DNA of 63,678 bases, filler included, from Octopus bimaculoides (lineage: Eukaryota), in NCBI RefSeq assembly GCF_001194135.2. It is 5 parts of 5 records of this genome, joined end to end, with 100 filler letters (N's around TTAATTAATTAA, not from the genome) between each part and the next. Parts side by side here need not be neighbours in the genome. Positions count along the whole stretch, not along the records: positions 43,999 to 57,251 come from NC_068995.1; positions 57,352 to 62,363 come from NC_068991.1; positions 62,464 to 63,678 come from NW_026359871.1; 2 more parts are not named here. The stretch is one strand, 5' to 3'. The first letter of the stretch is position 1, and each line of letters starts with the position of its first letter. Shown here in pieces: positions 51,607 to 63,678 of the stretch. The position numbers were made by a program, and so were the translations under genes. The notes beneath the pieces were generated by a model. It was not told the origin of the DNA. It searched no databases and was given only the letters and a program-made list of their open reading frames with translations.

Positions 51607-52471
51607 ATATATGACATATTACTCAGAGTTTTGCGACAGCTATAAACATTCGTGAATGTGATTAAATTTACCCGAGGGTCCCTCAGTTTGCAAGTTAGAA
51701 GCCGTATTCTGAAAATGTTATGCATTTGCAGATTCCATATGTAGNNNNNNNNNNNNNNNNNNNNNNNNNNNNNNNNNNNNNNNNNNNNNNNNNNNNNNNN
51801 NNNNNNNNNNNNNNNNNNNNNNNNNNNNNNNNNNNNNNNNNNNNNNNNNNNNNNNNNNNNNNNNNNNNNNNNNNNNNNNNNNNNNNNNNNNNNNNNNNNN
51901 NNNNNNNNNNNNNNNNNNNNNNNNNNNNNNNNNNNNNNNNNNNNACAAATGCGCATGCGTGTACATATTACACATCCACGAATGTATCCAAACTTTACAG
52001 CTTTTAAAATGAGGGTTACGTTACGTTGACCTGTTGAGTACCAAAATCTGAGAAGAAATTGGTGAAAAAATACAAAAAAAAAACCCAGAGAGAAGAAAGA
52101 AAAATTGGTCTGGCTCCTGGTCCATTGACGTAATAGAAATCTTATCTATGTTCATGCCAAAACATTATCGTTGCAAGAAGAACAAAAAAAACAAGAAAAA
52201 AAACGAAAACAGAAACAACAAAAAACAAAACAAGACCAAAATCTAAACTGAAGCCAAGATGTGAAAACTCGTTTAATTTCTTTGTCGTCTTTTTTGTTAT
52301 GATTGTTGTATTTGCCTGTCGATCTGTCTGTATGTCTGCCTGTCCGCCCGTCTTTCTTTTTTCTTGCTTGTCTTTCATCGCTTTTCATTTTTTTTCTCTT
52401 CTCAATTTCGCTTTTGCCTTCTTCTTCTTCTTCTTCTTCTTCTTCTTCTTCTTCTTCTTCTTCTTCTTCTT

Positions 52472-52858
52472 CACGCCAGACAAATTGCTTAGCGGCATTT
52501 CGTTAATGCCGTCGAGGTCGACTTTGCCTTTCATCTTTTCGAGGTCGATAAATTAAGTACCATTTGAGTACTGGGATCGATGTAACTGATTGTCACCCCT
52601 CCCCCGTATTTATTGGCCTTCTACCAATATTAAAAAAACAGCGAAATGGCAGAATCGGTAGCGCGGCTGGCGAGTTGCTTAGCGGCATTACGTCCGCCTT
52701 TACGTTCTGAGTTCAAATTCTGCCAAGGTCGACTTTGCCTTTCACCTTTTCGGAGTCGATAAGATAAGGACTAGGTATGCACTGGGGTCGACGTAATTGT
52801 TTCCCCCTCCTCCTCCCGAAACTTCTGGCCTTGTGTCAAAATTTGAAACCAATATTAG
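52472..52858 (+). mobile_element. Two tandem SINE B2 copies following a (TTC)n tract
   Basis: The central domain gtcgactttgcctttca occurs at about 52517 and 52729, each with a ggcctt...ccaatatt tail. Confidence 0.8.
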
Positions 52859-53520
52859 AATGTATACAAACACACTATTGATAGCAATCATAGTTGAGGC
52901 CCCATTTCTTTAGATCAGCGTTGGGTAACCTTTTATCACGACATTGCAATCCGATAGCAACGTTATCAGCTCTGAATTTATGAAGGCTTCACTTTGGCAG
53001 AAGTGGCAACGGTTAATCATTATTAGAACGAATTATCGAAGACCATTGGGTACATGATAAAGAAAAGAGTTCTGAAGTCAGTTGGTAAATATGTAGTTGT
53101 AATACACATTCGTACTGTTTTAGCCATAAGATACTATGCCATCAGTTTGTAAAATAAAATAAGATAAATTTAAAATCTCGCCTTCGTTCCGAGGACTTTT
53201 TGTATGGAGTGGTGGTTTTATGGCGTCAGTTAGTCGCAGTACCATAACAGTCGCTGGTTATCTGCGAATGTGACATGATCTGAGACAAGTTTAATTAAAT
53301 GTACAAGAAACATACTCAACGAAACACTGAAAGTGGTTCTACGAGTCAGTAATCCAGCCTCATCCGTATTCATTCAACCATTTCACAAACCAACGGTGGA
53401 GCTTCTACGTGGTCGTTCACTCTGTTTGAAACAACAGTAAGCCATATCTCTCTCTCTAATCATCACATCGTCTTCGAAAAGAAGGACACTTTAGATTTTT
53501 GGTATTCTGGGTAGCGGTTC

Positions 53521-53813
53521 TCAATAGCACTGCCAGGCTAGGGATCTCTGGGATCTCTGGAAGTTGTCCATAGGTCCCGGCCCGAAAGCCGTCTTGAACA
53601 GGCGGGTCAGGTGTTCTTCGTCGACGCCCAGGTTCGCCCTGAAATCGTCGTCGTACCTCCCCTCCACTAATCCCCTATAGAATGCTTTGGTTGTGTTGCA
53701 GTCGGTCAAGGTCGACATGGGACGGCAGAGTTGCTTGAGAGCAACGCGATACTCGCGGTACCATTCACGCTTCCTCGGCCTCTTTTTGATCCACGACTGC
53801 AGTTCGGTCATAG
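53521..53813 (-). mobile_element. Tx1/L1-clade LINE ORF2 C-terminal fragment
   Basis: GC-rich frame ...TTKAFYRGLVEG...FGPGPMDNFQRSQRSLAWQCY resembles the region preceding the zf-RVT knuckle. It carries a 9-bp tandem duplication (gggatctct). Confidence 0.65.
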
Positions 53814-54586
53814 NNNNNNNNNNNNNNNNNNNNNNNNNNNNNNNNNNNNNNNNNNNNNNNNNNNNNNNNNNNNNNNNNNNNNNNNNNNNNNNNNNNNNNN
53901 NNNNNNNNNNNNNNNNNNNNNNNNNNNNNNNNNNNNNNNNNNNNNNNNNNNNNNNNNNNNNNNNNNNNNNNNNNNNNNNNNNNNNNNNNNNNNNNNNNNN
54001 NNNNNATATATATATATATATATATATATATAGCATCACAAATATACAGCTTCAAAAATATCTTTCAGTTTGGTATCGTTTGGAATGGAATTTAGCCAAC
54101 TTTAACTTTCATAGACGGAAATATAAAATAAGCTGCGAAACATTTTGTTAGTTCTGAACATAAATAAACATTATTCTCCATCTGTCGCTCTACTGCTACA
54201 ACATGACTTATGTAGTGAAGTATATGTGTGTGTGTGTGTGTGTATATATATATACATACACACATGTGTGTGTGCGTGTGTGATGGAAGGTGATTAAATT
54301 TCTTTTATGAATCCTTGTTTACTTTTGTGTTATTTCTTCTCGACGATAACCAGCGTGTAAATGTGTGTTTATTGATGGAAGGACAAACATATAGGAAATG
54401 TTTATGTGTGTACGTGTGTATGAATATGTATGTATGAATAGATTTATGTACATATGCATGAGTGTGTGTGCGTGTGCGTGTGTGTGTGTGTGCGTATTGA
54501 GACAAACCTAGCAGCATGAGTGTTTGGTAGCTACAGACAGTGATTTCTTATATACTAATAAACTAACAGACAATTAAGTAGAAATA

Positions 54587-54661
<75 letters not shown>

Positions 54662-54812
54662 GTTAGTGGTCAAAGGAAAGAATGAGATACAGAGGTCCTG
54701 TTCGTAACAACCACCCTACTTATATTTTTGACCGCGAAAGGATTTGAGGCAATTGCTTGAACACGAAACTCTACGCCTAGTGAGGCTTCTTCAGTATTAA
54801 TAAAAATAAGTA

Positions 54813-54918
54813 CAGTAATCCCTCGATTATCGCGGGTGTTACGTTCCCAAAACCTCCCACGATATGTGAAAATCCGCGAAGTAGAAACAGTACTGTACTG
54901 TATATTTTTTCTTATTAT
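54813..54918 (+). mobile_element. Truncated Tigger/pogo-type MITE (part of a 169-bp duplication)
   Basis: Identical to 56535-56640; lacks the right TIR. Confidence 0.8.
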
Positions 54919-55249
54919 AATCAAATACGGAATAGTGCTGCTTTTTGAGGACCTCGGTGTTGCCCTTCCTCTGATTAATTAATAAAAATTGTCACTAAAA
55001 TAAATTGAGTGCTCAATTATTTGACTAACTGATTCCCTATTCATAAATCTGACTTGTAAGTGGTTGAGTATTCCACAGATACTTATATTTTTAACATATT
55101 CATCAGCCTGAATCAATTTGATGCTAAGTAGCACAGCTGAATCTTTGAATAACCGTTACAAAAGGAAAAAAAAAGGATTGCCCCTCCAAAAGGATCGCCC
55201 CNNNNNNNNNNNNNNNNCCCTATTATGAAGTTGTTACTTTATTTATCTG

Positions 55250-55672
55250 TCGTTGCGCTACGGATGTGAAAACTGGAAAGTAATAAAAATAGAAGAAAAA
55301 ACAACGGACTGCTTCCGATTTCTATGCTTAAGGAGAATACTCGACATCAAGTGGTTGCTAAGAGACCGAAATGAGCCAAAGGGGACGACGACGAGCATAA
55401 TCAGGGCCAGGGAGGAAATAAGATACAAATGCTGGAAGTGGATCAGACATGTCCTCAAACAAGATCGAAAAAGCGGTTGTACGGCGGCGCTAAAGTGGAA
55501 ACGTGAGGAGAAAAGAACAGCAAGGCGCCCTAAGGCCACATGGTGAAGGACTATTGACAAGGAAAGGAGACATGAAGGGCGGAAAAGCTGGAATGAGACC
55601 AGAACAGTGGCAGAAAACAGATCTGGATGGAAAGATCTTGTTGCAGTCACATGGCACGGAAAGAATTAACTA
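55250..55672 (+). mobile_element. RTE-clade LINE 3' end
   Basis: YGCENW...CLRRILDIKW...RN...WKWIRHVLK...TAALKW...RRPKATW*RTI...A.NRSGWKDLV matches RTE ORF2 C-termini. Short aact-type tail. Confidence 0.85.
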
Positions 55673-56534
55673 ACTTTATTCATTGATCCCGAAAAAGCAT
55701 GAAGTCGACTTCGGTAAGAATCGAACTGAGAGGGATGCAGAAAGCCGGAACGAATACCACAAGAAATTCTATCCAACGATTCTGCTAATTCACCGCCTCT
55801 AAGAAATCCTTAATGTTCAACCACTTAGTTTCACTTACGTCACTAATATCCTCGAAAGAACCAAAATAGGTAGGACGTTCATATCATCTCATTTGGTAAA
55901 CTCTTTCCCACCTGTGAATAAATATTTTCAGCTTGAAGACTATTTCAAGAAACCATTATTTTCTTGGATTTAATATTCAAGGTTTAAACATCTTAATAAA
56001 CATTTTTTCAAAGAACCAGAACCAAGAAACAAAAAAAATAAAAGAAAGAAAATAGAATTTCTAAATGAAGTGAAATTAATCTGAAGCTAACCACCAAGTA
56101 AGCAAAAAAAAAAAGAAAGAATGAAATGAGAACCCCCTACCACACACACACACACACGCACACACACACACACACACTCACACACACACGCACACACACA
56201 GAATACGCTTTCACATAGAATAACCATTTGATAGGCCTGCAGAAACGATTCCACCGAGACTCACAGACATCTATAATAAAGCGATGCCAATATTTTTTCA
56301 TGCTAAAAATAAGGCTGCATATTTTCTTAGGCACCTCATTTCCTGAGGCTCCCATATCTCATTTGCCCCTATCTAGAATTATTCACACACACACACGCAC
56401 ACACACACACGGGCACTCATATGGATACATATATATTTGTTAAACTGGTGTAATTTTCTTATCCAATTTGACAATTGCTTGAACACGAAACTCTACGCCT
56501 AGTGAGGCTTCTTCAGTATTAATAAAAATAAGTA

Positions 56535-56758
56535 CAGTAATCCCTCGATTATCGCGGGTGTTACGTTCCCAAAACCTCCCACGATATGTGAAAATCCGCG
56601 AAGTAGAAACAGTACTGTACTGTATATTTTTTCTTATTATTTTTATAATTTGTATATATTTATCTTATCATAAATGCACAACAACACCAAGGAGGAATCG
56701 ACGTAAGCTTAAATAATAAACCGCGATAGGCGAACCGCGATATGGCGAAGGATTACTG
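56535..56758. mobile_element. Complete 224-bp Tigger/pogo-type MITE
   Basis: TIRs cagtaatccctcgattatcgcgg and ccgcgatatggcgaaggattactg, with TA on both flanks (56533-34, 56759-60). Confidence 0.88.
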
Positions 56759-56774
56759 TATATATATATGTATG

Positions 56775-56906
56775 TATTCACCCACAAGGAGTTGGTTGGT
56801 CCGGGGTTTTAGTAAAAAGACCACTTGTCCAAAGTAGCACGTAGTGGAACTGAGCCTGAGACCACGTGGTTGGAAAGCAAGCTTCTTAACTCCACAGCCA
56901 TGCTGT
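56775..56906 (-). mobile_element. SINE A head
   Basis: ccacttgtccaaag...gtggaactgagcc...aagcttcttaactccacagccatg. Confidence 0.65.
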
Positions 56907-57251
56907 GGCCAAGGTCTACGAGAGCCGGGTGTAGGGGATTCGTTGACCCCGGAATCTGTTGACATCTCGGCAAGTGTTTACATACTACTGCAGACTTGCA
57001 ACCCCGGCTCCAACCATTCTCTGAGGCACTGCGCATGTGTAGGAGTGGATGTGTGTGGGGGTGAGCGTGTGCCTGTGTCTATGCAAGTGGGTGTGTATGT
57101 GTACGCCTGTGTATATATGTGTGTGTGTGTGTGTCTATGCGTGTGCTATCCATCGCCTCATGCGGCAAAATTGTTTTGTTTCTTACCAGATTAATCTATT
57201 TTTAAGCTAAGCATTTTATTCCAGCTCGTCTTCCTGCTCTCTGCTTCTCTC

Positions 57252-57351
57252 NNNNNNNNNNNNNNNNNNNNNNNNNNNNNNNNNNNNNNNNNNNNTTAAT
57301 TAATTAANNNNNNNNNNNNNNNNNNNNNNNNNNNNNNNNNNNNNNNNNNNN
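57252..57351. other. Artificial scaffold spacer 44N-TTAATTAATTAA-44N
   Basis: Same 100-bp design. Confidence 0.95.
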
Positions 57352-57360
57352 ATATGTACT

Positions 57361-57730
57361 CTTTTTTTTACTTGCTCCAGTCATTTGAGTGCGGCCATGT
57401 TGCAGCACCACCTTTAGTGGAACAAATCAACCCCAGGATGATTTATTCTTTGTAAATGTAGTACTTAATTTATCTGTCTCTTGCTGAACGGCTAAGTTTC
57501 GGGGACGTAAACCCACCAACATTGGTTGTCAAGCGATGGTGGGGAGGACAAACACAGGCATACAAATACGTACATACATACATACATACATACACACACA
57601 CCATATATATATATATATATATATATCCACGACGGACCAAATCCACTCTCAAGACTTTGGTCTACCCGAGGCTATAGTAGAAGACACTTGCCCAAGGTAC
57701 TATGCAATGGGACTGGACCCGGAACCATGT
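57361..57730 (-). mobile_element. SINE A, near full length (5' head truncated)
   Basis: Tail, body, internal (CATA)/(TA) tract and agaagacacttgcccaagg are present. Confidence 0.85.
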
Positions 57731-58400
57731 ACAACTCTTTTATTCTTTCCTTTTGCCCCTTTTACACTTTCTTCGTTCCTTCCACTTTTCTTTTTCTCGC
57801 TCCCACCCTCTCTCACATTTCTTGGCCTTCCATTCATTTTCATCACTTTCCCTCCTCCTTTACCTCACTCTGTCTCTTTCCTTTTTTCTCTCTTTCTCGT
57901 CCCTTCCTCACTCTTCTTGCTCTACCCCTACCTCTCTCCTCTCCTTTCACGTGACCGATGTTCGGCCAAGCCTAATCTTTCTCTCTTGGTTCGAATACCA
58001 TCCGTGTAGCATCTCTTATATTCCTTCTTATGATTTTCACCGTCTATGTTCCTATTTGTAATTGTGTTTTTACTTTTCGTCCTTGTTTTGGTATACATTC
58101 GCTTGCTTGCTTCCAAAAAATCTATTGCTCTTAGCTTATACTTCCTTGGAGCCGGCCAGATTAGAGCTGTCTCGAGAGTAAGCGGCCGAAACTGCAAAGA
58201 TGATCTGGTACACGACTGAAGACTGAAAGGTCCGAATGACCCGTCTTGTCTTTTCCTGTCCTTTTTTGTATCGTCTAACTGTCCGAATGTATTGTTGTTG
58301 CCTGTTACGTTCTTGTTCCACTTTTTTTTTTTTTACATATACATATAGCGGCGTACGTACACTTTTGGTCTCCTGTATATAATATATATATATTCATCTT

Positions 58401-58607
58401 TGTGTCTATGTTTGTTTCCCCCACCACCAACCATCGCTTGACAACCGATGTTGGTGTGTTTCCATCCCTGTAACTTACTGGTTCGGCAAATGAGACCGAT
58501 AGATAAGTATTAGGCTCAGAAAGAATAAGTCGTGGGGTCGATTTGGTCAAAGGAAAGCGGTACTCTAGTATGGCCGCAGTGAAATGACCGAAACAAGTAA
58601 AAGAATA
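58401..58607 (+). mobile_element. SINE A 3' half
   Basis: catcgcttgacaaccgatg...ttcggcaaatgagaccgatag...ggggtcgattt...gaaacaagtaaaaga. Confidence 0.8.
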
Positions 58608-58629
58608 TATGTATACACGTATATATATG

Positions 58630-58690
<61 letters not shown>

Positions 58691-59272
58691 TTGCATGCAT
58701 GTCTATCTACAGATATGTACACACTCCACCACTTATATACCGAGAGAGAAAGAAGGAGAAACAGAGACTATTAAATGTCGTATGATAGGACCCAACGCAA
58801 GTGAAGACAGAAATGAAAGTGAACAGCCATATTACTTTTCACCTGTCTTTTGTTATACAATATGTCTGCAAGTTTTAAGTTAAATGGACTTAGATATCTC
58901 ATCTACCAATGAGATTACCAGTTTCCCTCTAGATTTATAGATTATCTTACACTATTACACTCTTACACAATCAATACTGTCTTTCACTAGTTACGTACTC
59001 TCATTCATAAATTTGAGACAAATTGTTTCTCTTTTTTCCCTGACGAGATGATTGCATTGTTTTGCAAAATTTTTATTTCCTCCGGAATAATATCAATGCT
59101 TTCTTCGAAACATATGTTGCAAGCATAAATGATTTGAACAACACCTGCGTTTGATTCCATTTCTTAATTTTCTATGAAATACAAAAGCATTTCACTCAAC
59201 CCTAGAGTTTCTACCTTTATAAGCAGGCTGTAATATCCTTAGCAATTGTGTGAACTTTTACTACCCTGATGC

Positions 59273-59348
<76 letters not shown>

Positions 59349-60433
59349 TAACAAACGAAGGAAAGAACGATTCCATCAAAGTGGTGTAAAGTGNNNNNNN
59401 NNNNNNNNNNNNNNNNNNNNNNNNNNNNNNNNNNNNNNNNNNNNNNNNNNNNNNNNNNNNNNNNNNNNNNNNNNNNNNNNNNNNNNNNNNNNNNNNNNNN
59501 NNNNNNNNNNNNNNNNNNNNNNNNNNNNNNNNNNNNNNNNNNNNNNNNNNNNNNNNNNNNNNNNNNNNNNNNNNNNNNNNNNNNNNNNNNNNNNNNNNNN
59601 NNNNNNNNNNNNNNNNNNNNNNNNNNNNNNNNNNNNNNNNNNNNNNNNNNNNNNNNNNNNNNNNNNNNNNNNNNNNNNNNNNNNNNNNNNNNNNNNNNNN
59701 NNNNNNNNNNNNNNNNNNNNNNNNNNNNNNNNNNNNNNNNNNNNNNNNNNNNNNNNNNNNNNNNNNNNNNNNNNNNNNNNNNNNNNNNNNNNNNNNNNNN
59801 NNNNNNNNNNNNNNNNNNNNNNNNNNNNNNNNNNNNNNNNNNNNNNNNNNNNNNNNNNNNNNNNNNNNNNNNNNNNNNNNNNNNNNNNNNNNNNNNNNNN
59901 NNNNNNNNNNNNNNNNNNNNNNNNNNNNNNNNNNNNNNNNNNNNNNNNNNNNNNNNNNNNNNNNNNNNNNNNNNNNNNNNNNNNNNNNNNNNNNNNNNNN
60001 NNNNNNNNNNNNNNNNNNNNNNNNNNNNNNNNNNNNNNNNNNNNNNNNNNNNNNNNNNNNNNNNNNNNNNNNNNNNNNNNNNNNNNNNNNNNNNNNNNNN
60101 NNNNNNNNNNNNNNNNNNNNNNNNNNNNNNNNNNNNNNNNNNNNNNNNNNNNNNNNNNNNNNNNNNNNNNNNNNNNNNNNNNNNNNNNNNNNNNNNNNNN
60201 NNNNNNNNNNNNNNNNNNNNNNNNNNNNNNNNNNNNNNNNNNNNNNNNNNNNNNNNNNNNNNNNNNNNNNNNNNNNNNNNNNNNNNNNNNNNNNNNNNNC
60301 AACACCTGCGTTTGATTCCATTTCTTAATTTTCTATGAAATACAAAAGCATTTCACTCAACCCTAGAGTTTCTACCTTTATAAGCAGGCTGTAATATCCT
60401 TAGCAATTGTGTGAACTTTTACTACCCTGATGC

Positions 60434-60468
<35 letters not shown>

Positions 60469-62363
60469 TGTATAATATTAAGTATGTTTTATATGTGTGT
60501 GTATATATATATGTATGTATATGTTATGGCCTCCCTGTAAATGTCATTACAGGACATATCTTCTATGATATTCAATTACAGACATAATCTAAGTTTGGTT
60601 TTAATTCTTAAGCGATAAATATCATTTTATCGAGGCAAACGAAATAATTAGCGTTGCTCCACTCGAGGTGAGAGAGGTCAGTCGTCAGACACTCTTCAGG
60701 GTCGCCAGATAGAATGACATAGATAAGAGAGAAACAATGGAAATTGTCACACATTTAATACTTTGTTATGACCTTTCCATTACTGCCGCTGGGTTCGTTC
60801 CATCCCGTTTCAAATGCATTGTTACTGTACATTGAGTTAGGTATTGAGTTAGGGTTTTGGTCAGAATTTTGTCAGACACCTCTAGGTTCGATACACATCA
60901 CTAGATGTTTATTATGTGCGTTGCTGTTACTGTTGTTCTTTAGCAATAGTTCAACATTTATTTAGCAGGTCTCAAATCCAAATGCATTGCAGCCTTGATG
61001 ACCCGGTCCCTTTGGTATTTCGGACTAAAGTAACTGATGTTTCCATCACTTAAGATTGTATGACAAAGTTTGATGCAGATTTGGCTGTTGTTTCTGTGTG
61101 TGACAGAATATTTCCTCGCCGCGGCATATTTTACTTGGCTGGAGGCTAGAGACAGAACAAAATTTGTAGATTTCATGCAGGTAGCCATTTTTTATCTAGA
61201 CTCGCCCACCTGCAATGTTGCATTTCATTTAACTTCTACAGTTCAAAGATACGCAGAGATTATTTCCTCACTCTCTAAAATATCGGATTATTAAATTTGT
61301 TGGAACTTATCCAACTAACGAGAAACGTACGAAGATTTATTCTGACAGAGCAACGCCACTTTAAAAAACGCTGTGAATCTAGTCATCGTCAAGAACCTTT
61401 ATTTACCTGAATTCTTTCCTTCTGCCGGTTTTTGAAGCACACATTTTGCATCATGAAATTCCTGCTGTATCTCCATAGTCTACGTCATCAAAACATATGA
61501 AAGATTCCAGAGCACGCAACACAACTTGAATTACCTTCAGACACAAATCTTCCAGAAACGTTCGCTTCAATTTACCGAAGTGAACATTTACATAGCTGAA
61601 TCTACCGAGAAAAGAGTCAATTTACGCAATTTTTAGATATCTAATGTAAACTACAATACTAATTTCTCTATAAAATCAACTTTGATAAATGCATTACTCT
61701 CACAATCGATACACATTCCGTCACCATCACTCTGTCTCCAGTCACAGATCTATCTGTATCTCCATCGCATACAACTCGGCTATCTCAGCCTTGCTGCGGA
61801 ATTTATCTGGTTTTAGTGATCGATAACAAGCTGAAATTCGATATTGAATACAATTTTTGTCGAATCGCGTAACAATTTAAAGGGAAATCTGCACACAAAC
61901 CGAATACACAGTAAATAACACTGTGACTGTTACGAGTCCGACCATATCTGACAAATACTTCACGTACCACCTAAACAATACAGTGCCTACCCTCACGATC
62001 CCGTTATCAGGTACTAGCTATCCAGCATCTCTATCTGTCACCAGCCAGATTTCACGCTCAAGAAACGAACCAACTTTTCCAATAACTATCCTTTCAAAGT
62101 CGGCATAATCGTTGAAGTCTGCAAGTTAGCAATGCGATACTTAACGTGAACCTGCATATACTGTTTGCCCATTTATGATCATACTGAAATTCCTACCGGA
62201 ATTATGGCTCCACAATACGAGATTAAAAACCAAAGTACGAATACGTTTTCGCCGGCTTACAAACTTTATAGCTAGAGAGGATTACATGAAATGAATGTTA
62301 CAGTAGCAGCATAATTCAGCAATTGTGCGTCCGAATAATGCACGCACACACACACACACACAC

Positions 62364-62463
62364 NNNNNNNNNNNNNNNNNNNNNNNNNNNNNNNNNNNNN
62401 NNNNNNNTTAATTAATTAANNNNNNNNNNNNNNNNNNNNNNNNNNNNNNNNNNNNNNNNNNNN
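62364..62463. other. Artificial scaffold spacer 44N-TTAATTAATTAA-44N
   Basis: Same 100-bp design. Confidence 0.95.
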
Positions 62464-62506
<43 letters not shown>

Positions 62507-63634
62507 GAGGCACACAATTTGATCTTAATCCTTACACACCCTAAACATAACACATAGGTGCACACACGAAATACTATAAGATATTTAAAAATACTTACTT
62601 CCACTGAGGTTGAACGTAGACACTACACTTTAGTTCATTATGTGAAGGGTTGATAGAACTTTCTTCTGCCCGCCTTGCTGTCTTCGTCTGTCAATACTTC
62701 CCTCCATTACCTACAGATTTGTCCACAGATTCAGGTATGTCCATAAATGAATAAAACCCAGAGACTGTCCACTGCTAGCACTACCATCCCATCAGATAAA
62801 GCTTGTTTGCTAATAATGCCAGTAATTCTCCACTAAAATGAAAGCGTAAAGATTTTCAAAGCTTCTCTTTTGATCGTTATGTAGAAATATGTCCTTGATT
62901 TAATTGAGACATGCGCTTCACTAAGCATACGGAAAATACAGCTGAATAGCTTCTGAAGTCGTTCCGATGTTAGTAATGTCGTTGCTGCGCTTTTTTGTGA
63001 TGGTGACGTTATAGTATTAATGCCAGGAGACTGGATCTTTTCATGTTGCTGTTTCACGTCGCTCCATTTAAAGCATCTATTATAGAAATGCATTCAAATT
63101 CATCAACGAAGTTGGTGCAATGAGTACATAGATCTGAACCACACAAATCAATTTTAACAATTTATACTTGATATATTAAGCGATTTTTTCTGCATTTTAT
63201 GACAAATAAAGCCACAAACACACTGGCCTCCAACTCTTTCCATTGACCTTACAGACGTTGAGACGTTGAAATGAACAGTTTTCACCAGTTTCTCATTACA
63301 TGTTTTTACATGAATCATGGAAATTATCGGTGCTTCTTTATTATAAAGCTAACGCATGACCAGACACACTCCAAAATAGATGGCGATTCTAAACATCATG
63401 GACATTGAATTGGAATTCAGTGTTATAACTAATTATCGCTGAATCTAGATACGCAGATAAGCTACATATAAGATATATGTGTCCAGTACTGAGGAAGGAT
63501 AAGACCCTGAAACCAATCCTGGTCTACTGGTCCTGCCACCACTAAATGGGCGGTGTTCGATCCCTTGCGCGCAATATATCGGACACAGATATTGTGTTGT
63601 GTTAACCATGTTGAGGTGGCAACAAACATTACTT

Positions 63635-63678
<44 letters not shown>

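Noticed and set aside
57735-57955. Long pyrimidine-rich tract
   Set aside because: A degenerate CT low-complexity repeat; no mirror symmetry or function evident.

Overview
This is repeat-dominated, AT-rich animal genomic DNA. The very dense (TA)n/(CA)n/(TATG)n microsatellites and the SINE repertoire resemble octopus (coleoid cephalopod) genomes; that is an inference. There are many N gaps. Four 100-bp spacers (44N-TTAATTAATTAA-44N) are artificial joins, so the window is five stitched pieces. Almost all ORFs in the supplied track are microsatellite or N-run artefacts. The only well-supported host coding sequence is two plus-strand calcium-binding EGF-repeat exons (11434-11556 and 18291-18460). 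They can splice in frame and belong to a Notch/Crumbs/Eyes-shut/fibropellin-type protein. Everything else recognisable is mobile DNA. DNA transposons: a decayed Tc1 (DD34E) with a nested SINE, a mariner fragment, mariner- and Tigger-type MITEs, and a 610-bp foldback element. LINE-type fragments: Penelope, Tx1/L1, R4-like and RTE. There are also at least four tRNA-derived SINE families, labelled A, B, C and E here. I found no convincing new biological system. The most unusual structures are an interleaved double inverted repeat at 24.44-24.94 kb, a small highly structured repeat family (D) that twice carries template-switch scars, a self-restarting multimeric SINE nested in another SINE with a perfect 12-bp TSD, and a twin-priming-like inverted SINE. 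All alignments and mismatch counts were done by eye.
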